Shown: in pieces, positions 50,460 to 60,452 of the stretch
Layout: each line of letters starts with the position of its first letter
Numbering within the stretch: position 1 is the stretch's first letter
NCBI GenBank assembly: GCA_963663475.2
Contig: CAXXJV010000001.1
Coordinates: 2,176,001-2,240,000, forward strand
Direction: 5' to 3'
Source of the DNA: Candidatus Cloacimonadales bacterium
GTDB taxonomy: Bacteria > Cloacimonadota > Cloacimonadia > Cloacimonadales > JAFGVF01
DNA length: 64,000 bases
Notes under the pieces: generated by a model
Seen by the model: the letters and a program-made list of their open reading frames with translations, nothing else
Database searches by the model: none
What the model was told of the DNA's origin: nothing
Made by a program: the position numbers and the translations under genes

Positions 50460-51446
50460 ATGAACAACAGAAAAACAATATTCAAATTACTTCGTGAAAG
50501 TAGTGGAAGATGGGTATCAGGTCAAGCAATTGCTGATGAACTTGAAATTAGTAGAAATGCTGTTTCCAAGCATGTTAAGCTCATGAGAGACAATGGTGTA
50601 AAAATCTTAGCTTCAACTAACAGAGGTTACAGATTCATGGATGCAGACGATAAAATCTATACATACGAAATTATTCTTAACGATAAAAAGCAACTAGTAG
50701 GTAATAAAATCTTTTTACATAAAAAATTAGATTCTACCAATGCTGAAGTTGCTCGTCAAGTTATCAAGAAAGAAATCAAAGAAGGAACTGTAGTTATTGC
50801 TGAAAACCAATCTAAAGGTAAAGCAAGAAATGATACTAACTGGATTTCAATCAAAGGTAAAGGTATTTATCTATCTATCTATCTTAACCCAAGACACGTT
50901 TTAGACAAAGTTACTTTAGTTAACCTTATCGCTGCTTATAGCTTCATTGAAGCTATTAAATCAATTACTGGTCTAGATGACTTACAATTAGCATGGCCTA
51001 ACAATATTACTTATAAAGGTAAGAAATTTGCAGGCCTTCTAACTGAAAGTTTCACAGATATTGACGGTGTTGGCAAAACTGTTATGGGCCTTGGTGCATA
51101 TATCAACTTGACTACAAAAGAGCAAGAAATTATTGCTGAAGAAGGTCTTACTTCTTTAAATGCAATCTGTGAAAAAGACTTCAATAGAAATGACATTATT
51201 TCTAAGTTCTTAAATATATTCAATGATGAATATATGAAATTCAAAAAGAAAGAAGTAGAAGAACACTTAGATCGTTGGGTTCAATATCTTGATATACTTA
51301 ATAAACACGTAAAAGTTGATATTGATGGTATCATCCATGAAGGTTATGTTAAAGGCATTACAGATAAAGGAAAACTTGTTTTCTCATCTGATGAATATGA
51401 CAAAGACCTTTATATCAGATACGGTGAATTCATAATTAGCCAATAA
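50460..51446 (+). CDS. birA: BirA-like protein (wHTH + biotin-ligase fold + C-terminal domain) with degenerate catalytic motifs
   Basis: VSGQAIADELEISRNAVSKHVK...GYR HTH; DSTN; GKARND replaces GRGRxG; AWPNN replaces KWPND; KKFAGLLTE; ATG 50460 behind GGGAG. Confidence 0.8.
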   Translation: MNNRKTIFKLLRESSGRWVSGQAIADELEISRNAVSKHVKLMRDNGVKILASTNRGYRFMDADDKIYTYEIILNDKKQLVGNKIFLHKKLDSTNAEVARQVIKKEIKEGTVVIAENQSKGKARNDTNWISIKGKGIYLSIYLNPRHVLDKVTLVNLIAAYSFIEAIKSITGLDDLQLAWPNNITYKGKKFAGLLTESFTDIDGVGKTVMGLGAYINLTTKEQEIIAEEGLTSLNAICEKDFNRNDIISKFLNIFNDEYMKFKKKEVEEHLDRWVQYLDILNKHVKVDIDGIIHEGYVKGITDKGKLVFSSDEYDKDLYIRYGEFIISQ

Positions 51447-51447
51447 A

Positions 51448-52569
51448 CTATAACTTATTTGACATAATGACACTGTAACCTCTACGTGAGGTTATGGTGG
51501 CATTGTCAAACACCTTAAGCATAGCCCTATGAATATGTTTAATATTCTTAGCCACTATATATGCTCTCCCCCCTTTTCTTAAATTATCATAAGCATTATC
51601 AATAAATAAATCTGCTATCCTAAAATTAGAGAAATAAGGAGGGTTTCCTACAAAAAGGCTAGCCTTACTTTTCTGTAAACCATCATCACTGAGAAAGAAA
51701 TCACAATTGCTCAGTTTATTAAGCTTAGCATTCTCGCGAGCACAATCTAATGCTCTTACATTTGAATCAACAAAGATAGTCCTTTCTAGACAGTTAAATT
51801 TGCTTAATGCAATACCTACAGTTCCAATTCCAGAACCCATATCAATAAGTGTATCACTCTTCTTCACCTCGACTGTATCAATTAGAGCTAAAGCTCCTTC
51901 ATCAATCCTATGATGAGAAAATACACCTGGGACTGAATAAAAAGTTAATTCTGCTTTATCTGGAAGTGCTAGCTTATATGAATCATCAAAATTTATAGAA
52001 TTATCAAGGTCTAAAGATTTACGTAAAACTATGATATTCTCCTGTTTATTAATCATTTCTAAAGTATAACTTATACTATTAGATCTTAAAAAATCTTCAA
52101 ACCATTTAACTCTTTTATCACTGGCAATGAAGACTTTTCCCTTATTTTTAAGCATTCTATAATGCTTGGTAAATATATCAAGATAAAACTCTTTACTGAA
52201 TGTTTTACTGTCTATTTGTAAGAATATTTGAGATAGTTTGCTATCAGGCTGGTAATTTGAGGCACAAATATTGTTTATGTGAGAATGGTTGTTGATAATA
52301 TTTTGCTCAACATGTTTAAAATAATGATAATCAATATTCAGGATATTAATAGATGTTTGGGGATAGCTTTTAGCAAGGTAAATAGGTAATACTCCAGTTC
52401 GATTATTAATAAAAAGTGTGTGTGCTAGATCTTTTTCCTTAATATCTTGTTCGATAAGATTATATTCGGTTCTATGAAGTCCTGATCTTGATACAACTTC
52501 AAGGTTAATTTTAGGAAATAACTCTGATTTATTTTGTTTTTTGTCTAATTCTGTGATTATGATTTTCAT
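51448..52569 (-). CDS. RsmC/RlmG-like (MTS) methyltransferase
   Basis: PGVFSHHRIDEGA, DMGSGIG, NPPY; degenerate N-terminal MTase domain. Confidence 0.8.
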   Translation of the reverse strand: MKIIITELDKKQNKSELFPKINLEVVSRSGLHRTEYNLIEQDIKEKDLAHTLFINNRTGVLPIYLAKSYPQTSINILNIDYHYFKHVEQNIINNHSHINNICASNYQPDSKLSQIFLQIDSKTFSKEFYLDIFTKHYRMLKNKGKVFIASDKRVKWFEDFLRSNSISYTLEMINKQENIIVLRKSLDLDNSINFDDSYKLALPDKAELTFYSVPGVFSHHRIDEGALALIDTVEVKKSDTLIDMGSGIGTVGIALSKFNCLERTIFVDSNVRALDCARENAKLNKLSNCDFFLSDDGLQKSKASLFVGNPPYFSNFRIADLFIDNAYDNLRKGGRAYIVAKNIKHIHRAMLKVFDNATITSRRGYSVIMSNKL

Positions 52570-52591
52570 AAGTATCCTTAACTATATTGGT

Positions 52592-53383
52592 TTATTTTTT
52601 AGAAGCAACAATTAAGATGCCGTTGCCTATCTTGTTGGAAATTTTCTGATCTACTTTCATTAATACAAAAAATATTGGTAGAGTAATCAAGTAATAAAGA
52701 GGTAAGAAAAGGAAAGCTATCTTGCTCTTCGCAAGTAATAAGAGAGGTGTCTTTAAAGCTATTTTCCAGTAGCAGGCACCATATTTCCCATAGGTGTATT
52801 TTGCCATTTCAATATCAAAGCCTGCACTTGTTAGTTTTTCTTTTAGATCGCTCATATCATAGCCTGGTCTTACATGTTCTTCAGTAAAAGCAGCCGCTTC
52901 ATCAAAGGTGCTTGGAGTAGAAATTATTAATTTACCATCTGCTTTTATAACCTTAGAAAAGTTATTCATCACAGCTCTATCATCTTCAATATGTTCCAAA
53001 ATATCTATTGCAATTATTAGATCAAATTTATCTTTAGGTAGATATTTCTGTAAGTCAGCACAATGATGACTGAATCTAGTCTCTTTATCACTATTTCTGA
53101 TATAATTATAATATTCATCAATATAGTCTTCTTTTATATCAACAGCAAAAACTTCAGAATTTGGATAGTTAGATAATACAAAATCACTGTATTGTAGATA
53201 ACCACCACCAGCATCATACATTTTGAATGTTTGTTGCTTATCAGGATAAATAGACTTTATCAAATTCAAAACATACTGCTGACGTAATATTATGATGTTT
53301 AATGCTTTATAAAAACATTTCCTTAGAAAAGGAAATAAAGCAATAAAAAAAGCAATTTTATCTTTGACAATATCATATTTCAT
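52592..53383 (-). CDS. Class I SAM-dependent methyltransferase
   Basis: YDAGGG, DILEHIEDD, LIISTP, HVRPGY. Confidence 0.8.
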   Translation of the reverse strand: MKYDIVKDKIAFFIALFPFLRKCFYKALNIIILRQQYVLNLIKSIYPDKQQTFKMYDAGGGYLQYSDFVLSNYPNSEVFAVDIKEDYIDEYYNYIRNSDKETRFSHHCADLQKYLPKDKFDLIIAIDILEHIEDDRAVMNNFSKVIKADGKLIISTPSTFDEAAAFTEEHVRPGYDMSDLKEKLTSAGFDIEMAKYTYGKYGACYWKIALKTPLLLLAKSKIAFLFLPLYYLITLPIFFVLMKVDQKISNKIGNGILIVASKK

Positions 53384-53466
53384 TATTTTGCTCCTATTGT
53401 TAGAGATTAAGCAATTATCAAAAGAGTTATAAAATTGTCAAATCATTAAAATAATAGGATAGTAAA

Positions 53467-54624
53467 ATGAATATTAAAGTTCTATATGAGTTTTTGTTAA
53501 GTGATAAAGCTGATAGCTTTTTTGCTTATATTAAAGGTAAAAATATTAATGAAATTAACCAAATTCATAGATTAAAAACTAAGTTTGCTGATTATCCAGT
53601 TTCAGAACTATTAACTCTCATTCGGTTAAGAAAAAATGCTAGTAAAAGAATTAAAGATGCCGATAAGATGCTCTTTACTACTAAAGGAGTTGAGCAATCG
53701 TCTTCCACTAATGTGGCTGTATATCATGCCGAGAAGTTTGCTCTTTGTTCAAGAATAGCTGATTTATGTTGCGGTAATGGGGTTGATTTAATTAATCTCG
53801 CTAAAGGTAAAAACCTTGTTTATGCTCTTGATTATTCTAATACAGCTCTTAGTTGTAGTAAATTCAATGCAAAATTATTGGGACTTAATAATATAATTTT
53901 TATCCAAGATAAGGCAGAGGGCTTTTCTGAACAAGTTGATGGTATCTTTATTGATCCTGATAGGCGACCTGATGATAGAAGAGTAATTCAAGGGATTGAT
54001 ATTTCTCCTAATTTCGACCAAATAAAAAAGATAATTTCTACTTACAAGAATGTTGTAGTGAAGCTCTCCCCTGTATTCAAATATGAAGATGAAAGTATTG
54101 TTGAAGATTACACTTGGGAGTTTATTTCAGAAGATGGAGTTTTGAAGGAAATCCTACTTTGTACTGGTAGATTTGCAACAAAAGATATTCACAAGAAAGC
54201 GGTTCTATTACCTGATATGTATTTTCAACAGACTAATGAAGAAGTAACTGTTACAGGAATAAAAAAATATATCTATGATTTAGATCCTTCAATTATAAGA
54301 TCTGGTTTAGTTCAAGACTTAGCACAATCCATAGGTGGAGAACTAATAAATAAGCATTTAGCAATCTTAACATCAGATAAGAAACTAGCTAATTGTTTTA
54401 TAAAAGCCTACAAAGTCAAAGATATATTCCATTATAATAAAAAACTTTTACAGAAATATATCAAAGAAAATGAAATTGGTAAGCTGGTGGTTAAAGTAAA
54501 AGGTTTTCCTGAGAGACCTAATCAAGTAATCCAGAAGCTAAAGTTAAAAGGGAAGAATGAATCTCTAATATATTTAATTAGGATGGATAAGGAATTTCTA
54601 ACTTTGATTATTGAAAGATTGTAA
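53467..54624 (+). CDS. SAM-dependent methyltransferase with C-terminal THUMP-like domain
   Basis: EQSSS...A.YHA, ADLCCGNGVD, FIDPDRR, VKLSP, DPSIIRSGL. Confidence 0.85.
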   Translation: MNIKVLYEFLLSDKADSFFAYIKGKNINEINQIHRLKTKFADYPVSELLTLIRLRKNASKRIKDADKMLFTTKGVEQSSSTNVAVYHAEKFALCSRIADLCCGNGVDLINLAKGKNLVYALDYSNTALSCSKFNAKLLGLNNIIFIQDKAEGFSEQVDGIFIDPDRRPDDRRVIQGIDISPNFDQIKKIISTYKNVVVKLSPVFKYEDESIVEDYTWEFISEDGVLKEILLCTGRFATKDIHKKAVLLPDMYFQQTNEEVTVTGIKKYIYDLDPSIIRSGLVQDLAQSIGGELINKHLAILTSDKKLANCFIKAYKVKDIFHYNKKLLQKYIKENEIGKLVVKVKGFPERPNQVIQKLKLKGKNESLIYLIRMDKEFLTLIIERL

Positions 54625-54703
54625 ATTAATACAAATAGAATAATTCTTGACAAACATTCACTTGCTTTCATAATTAAACCAAATATTGTAATGGAGGAAG
54701 TTA

Positions 54704-55996
54704 ATGAAAAGAATTATTATGTTTCTTTTTTTATTTCTAAGTATTGCTTTATATGCTCAAGGAAGTATTCCCCAAGGTTTAGGAAGCCAAGATAATCCAT
54801 ATCTAATTGCTAATCTTGCTAATCTTGAATACTTGTCAGAAAATATTGAGCTTTGGAGTAGTGGTATTTATTTTTTACAAACAGCTGATATTGATGCTTC
54901 TGAAGCTGTTAATTGGAACAATGGACAAGGTTTTTCTCCAATAGGAGATTTCCTTGATTCAAATAATGAAAGGTTGTTTTCTGGAAACTATGATGGGAAT
55001 GGTTATAAAATATCTAATTTATTTATTAATAGACCAGCAAGCAGCAATATTGGGTTATTTGGCTACACTCTTTTTGCCAATATCTCAAATGTCATAGTTG
55101 AAGATGTCAATATTACAGGATCTTGGTATGTGGGAGCTTTGGTTGGTTATCCTGAGTCTTCTAATATCACTAAATGCTCTGTAAGTGGTCAAATCACAGC
55201 TGATAAAAATGCTGGTGGTCTAGCTGGTGCTGTATGGTTTTCTTCAATTAGTCAATCATGGGCTAATGTAGATTTAGTGGCTAGTGATTGGTATAGTGGT
55301 GGTTTAGCTGGATATGGTGATAATTCAGATTTCCTTAACTGTTTTGCCTTAGGTTCAGTTAATGGGCCAGAAGATGTTGCAGGTTTAATAGGTTCAACTT
55401 GGGGATGTAATTTGACTAATTGCTATTCTGCCACAAGTATTACTTGTACAGGTGATTTTGGAGGTGGTTTGATTGGTTATTGTGGATCTGCTAATATCTC
55501 TGCCTGTTATTGGGATAAAGAAGCTACTAACTATGAGATTAGTTCAGGCTCTGAAGATTCTTATGGCTTAACAAGTTTGGAAATGCAAAATCCTCAAAGC
55601 TTTATCAATGCAGGTTGGGATTTTGAAAATACATGGAATCATGATATTGAAATAAACAACTCATATCCCTATTTAAGATGGACTCAAGCAACAAATATTG
55701 ATACTAATAGTAATGAAGTACCACCAACTTCATACTTTATCAATGCTTATCCAAATCCCTTTAATCCACAAACAACTCTTTCTTTCTATATTGATAAAGA
55801 TGAAAAAGCAGACCTAATTATATATAATATTAAAGGTCAGAAGGTTAAACAATATAAGTCTTTTGCACATGGACATCATTCAGTTACTTGGCAGGGTAAA
55901 GATGCAGATAATAATAATCTTGCATCCGGGGTTTACTTGTGCCAATTAAGAACATCCCACACTAAGCAAACAAAAAAAATTACTTTATCAAAGTAA
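54704..55996 (+). CDS. Secreted GLUG-repeat protein with FlgD-Ig/Por-type C-terminal sorting domain
   Basis: Signal peptide; G.G...NPY.I, repeated GGLAG/GGLIG; AYPNPFNP...IYNIKGQKVK...W.G.D....LASGVY...KKITLSK. Confidence 0.85.
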   Translation: MKRIIMFLFLFLSIALYAQGSIPQGLGSQDNPYLIANLANLEYLSENIELWSSGIYFLQTADIDASEAVNWNNGQGFSPIGDFLDSNNERLFSGNYDGNGYKISNLFINRPASSNIGLFGYTLFANISNVIVEDVNITGSWYVGALVGYPESSNITKCSVSGQITADKNAGGLAGAVWFSSISQSWANVDLVASDWYSGGLAGYGDNSDFLNCFALGSVNGPEDVAGLIGSTWGCNLTNCYSATSITCTGDFGGGLIGYCGSANISACYWDKEATNYEISSGSEDSYGLTSLEMQNPQSFINAGWDFENTWNHDIEINNSYPYLRWTQATNIDTNSNEVPPTSYFINAYPNPFNPQTTLSFYIDKDEKADLIIYNIKGQKVKQYKSFAHGHHSVTWQGKDADNNNLASGVYLCQLRTSHTKQTKKITLSK

Positions 55997-56022
55997 GATA
56001 GATAACATTATTTTGAAAAAAG

Positions 56023-56052
56023 ATAAGGCGTAAGAAAAAACTTACGCCTTAT
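56023..56052. terminator. Bidirectional terminator between convergent genes
   Basis: ATAAGGCGTAAG-aaaaaa-CTTACGCCTTAT flanked by A- and T-rich tracts. Confidence 0.75.
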
Positions 56053-56091
56053 TATATTTTATTTCTATTTATCTTATTAGATTTAACTCAT

Positions 56092-56493
56092 TTAGTGCTT
56101 ATCTTTACAAAGTTCAACTAAAACACCTTTAGTGGATTTTGGATGTAAAAAGGCAATATCTGCACCATGAGCACCAGGTCTAGGTTCTTTATCAATTAAT
56201 TTGAAGCCTTTGTCTGATTTCTCTTGTAACTCAGCCTTTAAATCATCTACTCCTAAAGCTATATGTTGAATTCCTTCACCTTTCTTTTCAATGAATTTAG
56301 CAATTGGACTATCTTCAGATGTTGCTGCTAAGAGTTCTATTCTGGTATCTCCAACTGTAAAAAAGGCTACTTTAAGTTTTTGAGAAGGAACTTCTTCAGT
56401 AGAATCTAAAGTTAAACCTAAATCTTCATACATTTTTATAGCTTCATCAAGATCTTTTACTGCAATTCCAATATGACTTAAATTCTTAATCAT
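56092..56493 (-). CDS. mce: Methylmalonyl-CoA epimerase
   Basis: [50 protein letters not shown]. Confidence 0.95.
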   Translation of the reverse strand: MIKNLSHIGIAVKDLDEAIKMYEDLGLTLDSTEEVPSQKLKVAFFTVGDTRIELLAATSEDSPIAKFIEKKGEGIQHIALGVDDLKAELQEKSDKGFKLIDKEPRPGAHGADIAFLHPKSTKGVLVELCKDKH

Positions 56494-56498
56494 GTGAC

Positions 56499-57053
56499 TT
56501 ATCCTTTGTATTCATCAGCTAGCTTAAAGCCTAACTTCATAGCCTTGATATTTAAATCAACAAAAGCAGGTTTGATTGAAGAGCGGATAGCAGATTCTAA
56601 TGATTCTACTGACACAACACCTGTTATTTTAACAACAAATGCTAAGGATAAAATATTGGTTGGCATTTCTGAACCAAGTTCCTTTTGAGCAATTTCTGTA
56701 AAAGGTACTTCATATGTATTATCATTAACGATTGAGATGTTCTTTACATGACTTGTATCACAAATTAAAACACCTTCACGTTTTAAGTCAAATATATATT
56801 TATCACAGGCTTCTTGGGTAAGAGAAAGTAATATATCAAGACTGGTTGCTTCTGGATAATTAATATCTTCGTTACTAATAACAACATCAGCTCTTGAGTA
56901 GCCACCGCGTGATTCTGGTCCATATGATTGTGTTTGAGTAACGTTAAGTCCATCTTCAACAGCAGCTTTAGCTAAAGTAATTCCCGCAAGAATTAAACCC
57001 TGTCCACCTGAACCACTGAAACGTATTTCTTTAACCATTTTCTTTTTACTCAT
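56499..57053 (-). CDS. korC: 2-oxoglutarate-type ferredoxin oxidoreductase gamma subunit
   Basis: [22 protein letters not shown]. Confidence 0.85.
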   Translation of the reverse strand: MSKKKMVKEIRFSGSGGQGLILAGITLAKAAVEDGLNVTQTQSYGPESRGGYSRADVVISNEDINYPEATSLDILLSLTQEACDKYIFDLKREGVLICDTSHVKNISIVNDNTYEVPFTEIAQKELGSEMPTNILSLAFVVKITGVVSVESLESAIRSSIKPAFVDLNIKAMKLGFKLADEYKG

Positions 57054-57892
57054 TATTTACCTTCCTTTGGACTGAACTTTTCCATTAAATTTCTATAGGC
57101 AGCAGTATATTCTGGTCTCATTTCTTTAATGAAGGTTCCACGAATAATTTTACCATTAACTTGTTCTGCAGGTAATTTTTCAGCTGCTTTAATAGGAATA
57201 GAATTATCTCTCATATGTCTCATCATAGCAGGTGCATCACCTTTTTTATTTAATCTACCATAGATAACAGGGCAAGCAGAAACAGCTTCGACGAGAGAGA
57301 AACCAGGATGTTCTATAGCTTCTTTAATGTGTTTTTGAAGTTCTAATGCATGGAAAGCAGTAGTTCTAGCAACATGAGAAGCTCCAGCACCAATAGCAAG
57401 TTTACAGATATCAAAATCAGGATCAATATTACCGTAAGGAGTTGTGGTAGCTTTATCACCTTGAGGGGTTGCTGGAGAATATTGTCCACCAGTCATACCA
57501 TAAATGCTATTATTAATTAAAATCACTGAAAGATCTAAGTTTCTTCTAGCAGCATGGATGAAGTGGTTTCCACCAATTGCAGTAGCATCACCATCACCAG
57601 TGATAACGATAACTTTCATGCCTGGCTTATACATTTTCACACCAGTAGCGAAAGCAATAGCTCTGCCGTGAAGTGAGTGAAGTGTATTAAAATCAGCATA
57701 AACTGGCATTCTTGAGGAACAGCCAATTCCTGAGACCATAACTATGTTATCTCTATTTAATTTAAGTTCATCAATTGCTCTTATAGTAGCACCTAGCACA
57801 ATACCATTACTACATCCAGCACACCATACATGGGGAAATTTTTTATCATGTCTTAAATAATCATGAATTTTTCTTTGAGGTATCTTAGGCAT
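57053..57892 (-). CDS. korB: 2-oxoglutarate-type ferredoxin oxidoreductase beta subunit
   Basis: WCAGCSNG, VSGIGCSSR, LHGRA, GDGDATAIGGNHFIHAARRN, YGMTGGQYSP. Confidence 0.88.
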   Translation of the reverse strand: MPKIPQRKIHDYLRHDKKFPHVWCAGCSNGIVLGATIRAIDELKLNRDNIVMVSGIGCSSRMPVYADFNTLHSLHGRAIAFATGVKMYKPGMKVIVITGDGDATAIGGNHFIHAARRNLDLSVILINNSIYGMTGGQYSPATPQGDKATTTPYGNIDPDFDICKLAIGAGASHVARTTAFHALELQKHIKEAIEHPGFSLVEAVSACPVIYGRLNKKGDAPAMMRHMRDNSIPIKAAEKLPAEQVNGKIIRGTFIKEMRPEYTAAYRNLMEKFSPKEGK

Positions 57893-59093
57893 TATAAACC
57901 TCCTTAATCTTGTTCAATATTTCAGAAGGAGTTATTACTGTTCCATCATTTCTGTTTAATCTGTGGAGAGAACCATCTTTTCTTTCACGAACTAATCTTT
58001 CAAGTTCATGGAAGAGTTGTCCTTCATTAAGTTCAGGAACAACAACTGCATCAACATTCTTAAGCATTTTTGTTACAGCATCATCTGGGAAAGGCCAAAT
58101 AGTTAGAGGTCTTAAGAGTCCAACTTTCAATCCTTCTGCTCTAGCCATTTTAACAGCTTCTTTAGAAGCTCTACCCATAATACCAGCAGCAAAGACAGCA
58201 ACTTTTGCGTCTTCGATATGTTGAGTTTCAATTTGAACTAAATCTCTGATATTATGTTTAATTTTTTTATTTAATCTTTCCATCATTTTAGCAGCTTCGT
58301 TTGGTTTATTAGTTGGGAAACCATGATCATCATGAGTTAGACCAGTAACATGGAAACGATAACCTTCGCCAAAAGAAGCGATTGGTGATAGATATTTTTG
58401 ATTTTCATCATAATGTTTATACCATTGTGGAGGAACAGTAGGTTTAATTCTGTTAATTACTCTAACAGTTGATAAATCAGGTAATGTAACAGCTTCTCTC
58501 ATGTGGCCTAAAACTTCATCAAGAAGTAAGACAACTAATGAACGGTATTTTTCAGCTAAATTAAATGCTCTAATAGTTAACTGAAAAGCCTCTTTTACTG
58601 AGTCTGGATACAACACAATAGCTGGAGCATCGCCATGTGAACCCCAGCGTGATTGCATAAGATCACCTTGTCCAGGGCTTGTTGGCATACCAGTACTTGG
58701 TCCCATTCTTTGAACATTAACTACCACTGATGGTGTTTCAGTAATTTTAGCAAAACCTATAGCTTCTTGCATTAAAGAGAAGCCAGGACCACTAGTAGCT
58801 GTTAAAGATTTTGCACCTGCAAGAGATGCACCAATAATTGCACATACACTAGCAATTTCATCTTCCATTTGGATGAAGGTTCCACCAACTTTTGGTAGTT
58901 CATTTGCAAGTATTTCAGCAACTTCTGTTGAAGGAGTTATTGGGTATCCTGCGAAGAAATCACATCCAGCTGCTAAAGCACCTTTAGCAACAGCTTCGTT
59001 ACCCTGCATAATGATTGCTTTAGTAACTTTCTTTTCTTCTATCTTAGTTTCAGTTTTGACAGTTTTCTTTGGGCTTGTTTTTTCTTTACTCAT
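57885..59093 (-). CDS. korA: 2-oxoglutarate-type ferredoxin oxidoreductase alpha subunit
   Basis: AGYPITPSTE, QMEDEIAS, TATSGPGFSLMQE, GPSTGMPT, RWGSHGD. Confidence 0.88.
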   Translation of the reverse strand: MSKEKTSPKKTVKTETKIEEKKVTKAIIMQGNEAVAKGALAAGCDFFAGYPITPSTEVAEILANELPKVGGTFIQMEDEIASVCAIIGASLAGAKSLTATSGPGFSLMQEAIGFAKITETPSVVVNVQRMGPSTGMPTSPGQGDLMQSRWGSHGDAPAIVLYPDSVKEAFQLTIRAFNLAEKYRSLVVLLLDEVLGHMREAVTLPDLSTVRVINRIKPTVPPQWYKHYDENQKYLSPIASFGEGYRFHVTGLTHDDHGFPTNKPNEAAKMMERLNKKIKHNIRDLVQIETQHIEDAKVAVFAAGIMGRASKEAVKMARAEGLKVGLLRPLTIWPFPDDAVTKMLKNVDAVVVPELNEGQLFHELERLVRERKDGSLHRLNRNDGTVITPSEILNKIKEVYNA

Positions 59094-59406
59094 TACAATC
59101 CTCCGATTTCTTAACTAAGGCACCAGTAATAGCAAAATCTGGACATAATCTGTCGCAAGTTTCACAATGAATACATTTTTCTGGATGTGCTACAAATGGA
59201 GATCCATCTGCCTGTCTTTCTAAACAACCAGTTGGACAAAATGCTACACATATACCACATTTCTTACACCAATTGTAGTAAATATAAACTGGTGAATCTA
59301 AATCACCTGCTGTTTTAACTTCATTATACTCCACTTCCATTTTTTCGGGAGTATCTTCTCCGTGGATAATTGTTCCGACCTTATCTTTTTCAACGTTTTC
59401 GGACAT
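59086..59406 (-). CDS. korD: 2-oxoglutarate-type ferredoxin oxidoreductase delta subunit
   Basis: WCKKCGICVAFCP, CIHCETCDRLCPDFAI. Confidence 0.85.
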   Translation of the reverse strand: MSENVEKDKVGTIIHGEDTPEKMEVEYNEVKTAGDLDSPVYIYYNWCKKCGICVAFCPTGCLERQADGSPFVAHPEKCIHCETCDRLCPDFAITGALVKKSEDCNE

Positions 59407-59458
59407 TATTTCCTCCAGTATTTTTTCATACTATTCTTGATTTTTATTTTTTAATTTA

Positions 59459-60229
59459 CTATTTAATTTTGATCTTATCTGTAAAGAAAAATTTTACTGC
59501 ATTATTAAATGTTGTTTCTGCAACCATATTAGGAGATTCCATTCGCTCTTTAGCAATTGCCTCAATGACTAAGGGTAAATAATAAGGTGCATTTCTTTTG
59601 CCTCTATGAGGAACAGGAGCTAGATAGGGAGAATCTGTTTCAATGAAGAAAGAATCTTCAGGTAGCATTCGCACTACATCTCTTAAAGAATGGTTATTTT
59701 TGAAGGTGATAGTACCAGTAATAGATATTTTCCAACCTTCCTGTAAGACTTGTTCAGCAAAGACAACATCTCCAGAAAAGCAGTGAAAAACAACTTGCTT
59801 AGCATTATGCTCTTTTAAAATATCATAACAATCTTGATGAGCATCTCTGTCATGCACAATAATTGGTAAATTTAAATCTTTAGCTATTTCAATTTGCTGA
59901 GCAAAAACTTGTTTTTGAATTTTCTTAGGTGATAAATTTCGATAGTAGTCTAGACCTATCTCTCCTATGGCAACAACTTTACTCTCTTGAGCTAATCTTC
60001 TAATTAACTTAGAATCAAATTCAGTAGCATCATGAGGATGGTATCCTACTGATGCAAAAATAAAATCATATTCTGAAGCTAATTTTATTGCGTTTTCGGA
60101 AGTCTCTTGATTATATCCTATATTAATTAGATATTCAAGTCCGTTTTTTCTACTTTGTTCAATTACCCTTGCCCTATCTTTATCAAAATCTTTTAGATCC
60201 AAGTGAGCATGAGTTTCAAATATTTTCAT
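59459..60229 (-). CDS. tatD: TatD-family hydrolase
   Basis: THAHL, GYHPH, GEIGLDY, VHDRDAH, HCFSG, ETDSPYLAP. Confidence 0.93.
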   Translation of the reverse strand: MKIFETHAHLDLKDFDKDRARVIEQSRKNGLEYLINIGYNQETSENAIKLASEYDFIFASVGYHPHDATEFDSKLIRRLAQESKVVAIGEIGLDYYRNLSPKKIQKQVFAQQIEIAKDLNLPIIVHDRDAHQDCYDILKEHNAKQVVFHCFSGDVVFAEQVLQEGWKISITGTITFKNNHSLRDVVRMLPEDSFFIETDSPYLAPVPHRGKRNAPYYLPLVIEAIAKERMESPNMVAETTFNNAVKFFFTDKIKIK

Positions 60230-60452
60230 TTTTTCCTCAATATATTTAAGTCATAAATAATTGTGTCAAATCTTAATATCTTGACTTAAATGTCAATAGT
60301 TTCTGAAATTTTTTTTAATTATAATTTCGGTAAGTATTTTGCATAAAGAGTGTGGGCTATCTCTAAAGAGCCTAAGTATAATGAATAAGCACATTTTATT
60401 TGCTATTTTTCAAGAATCAATTATTAATTAAAAAAACAAAATGGAGAATAAA

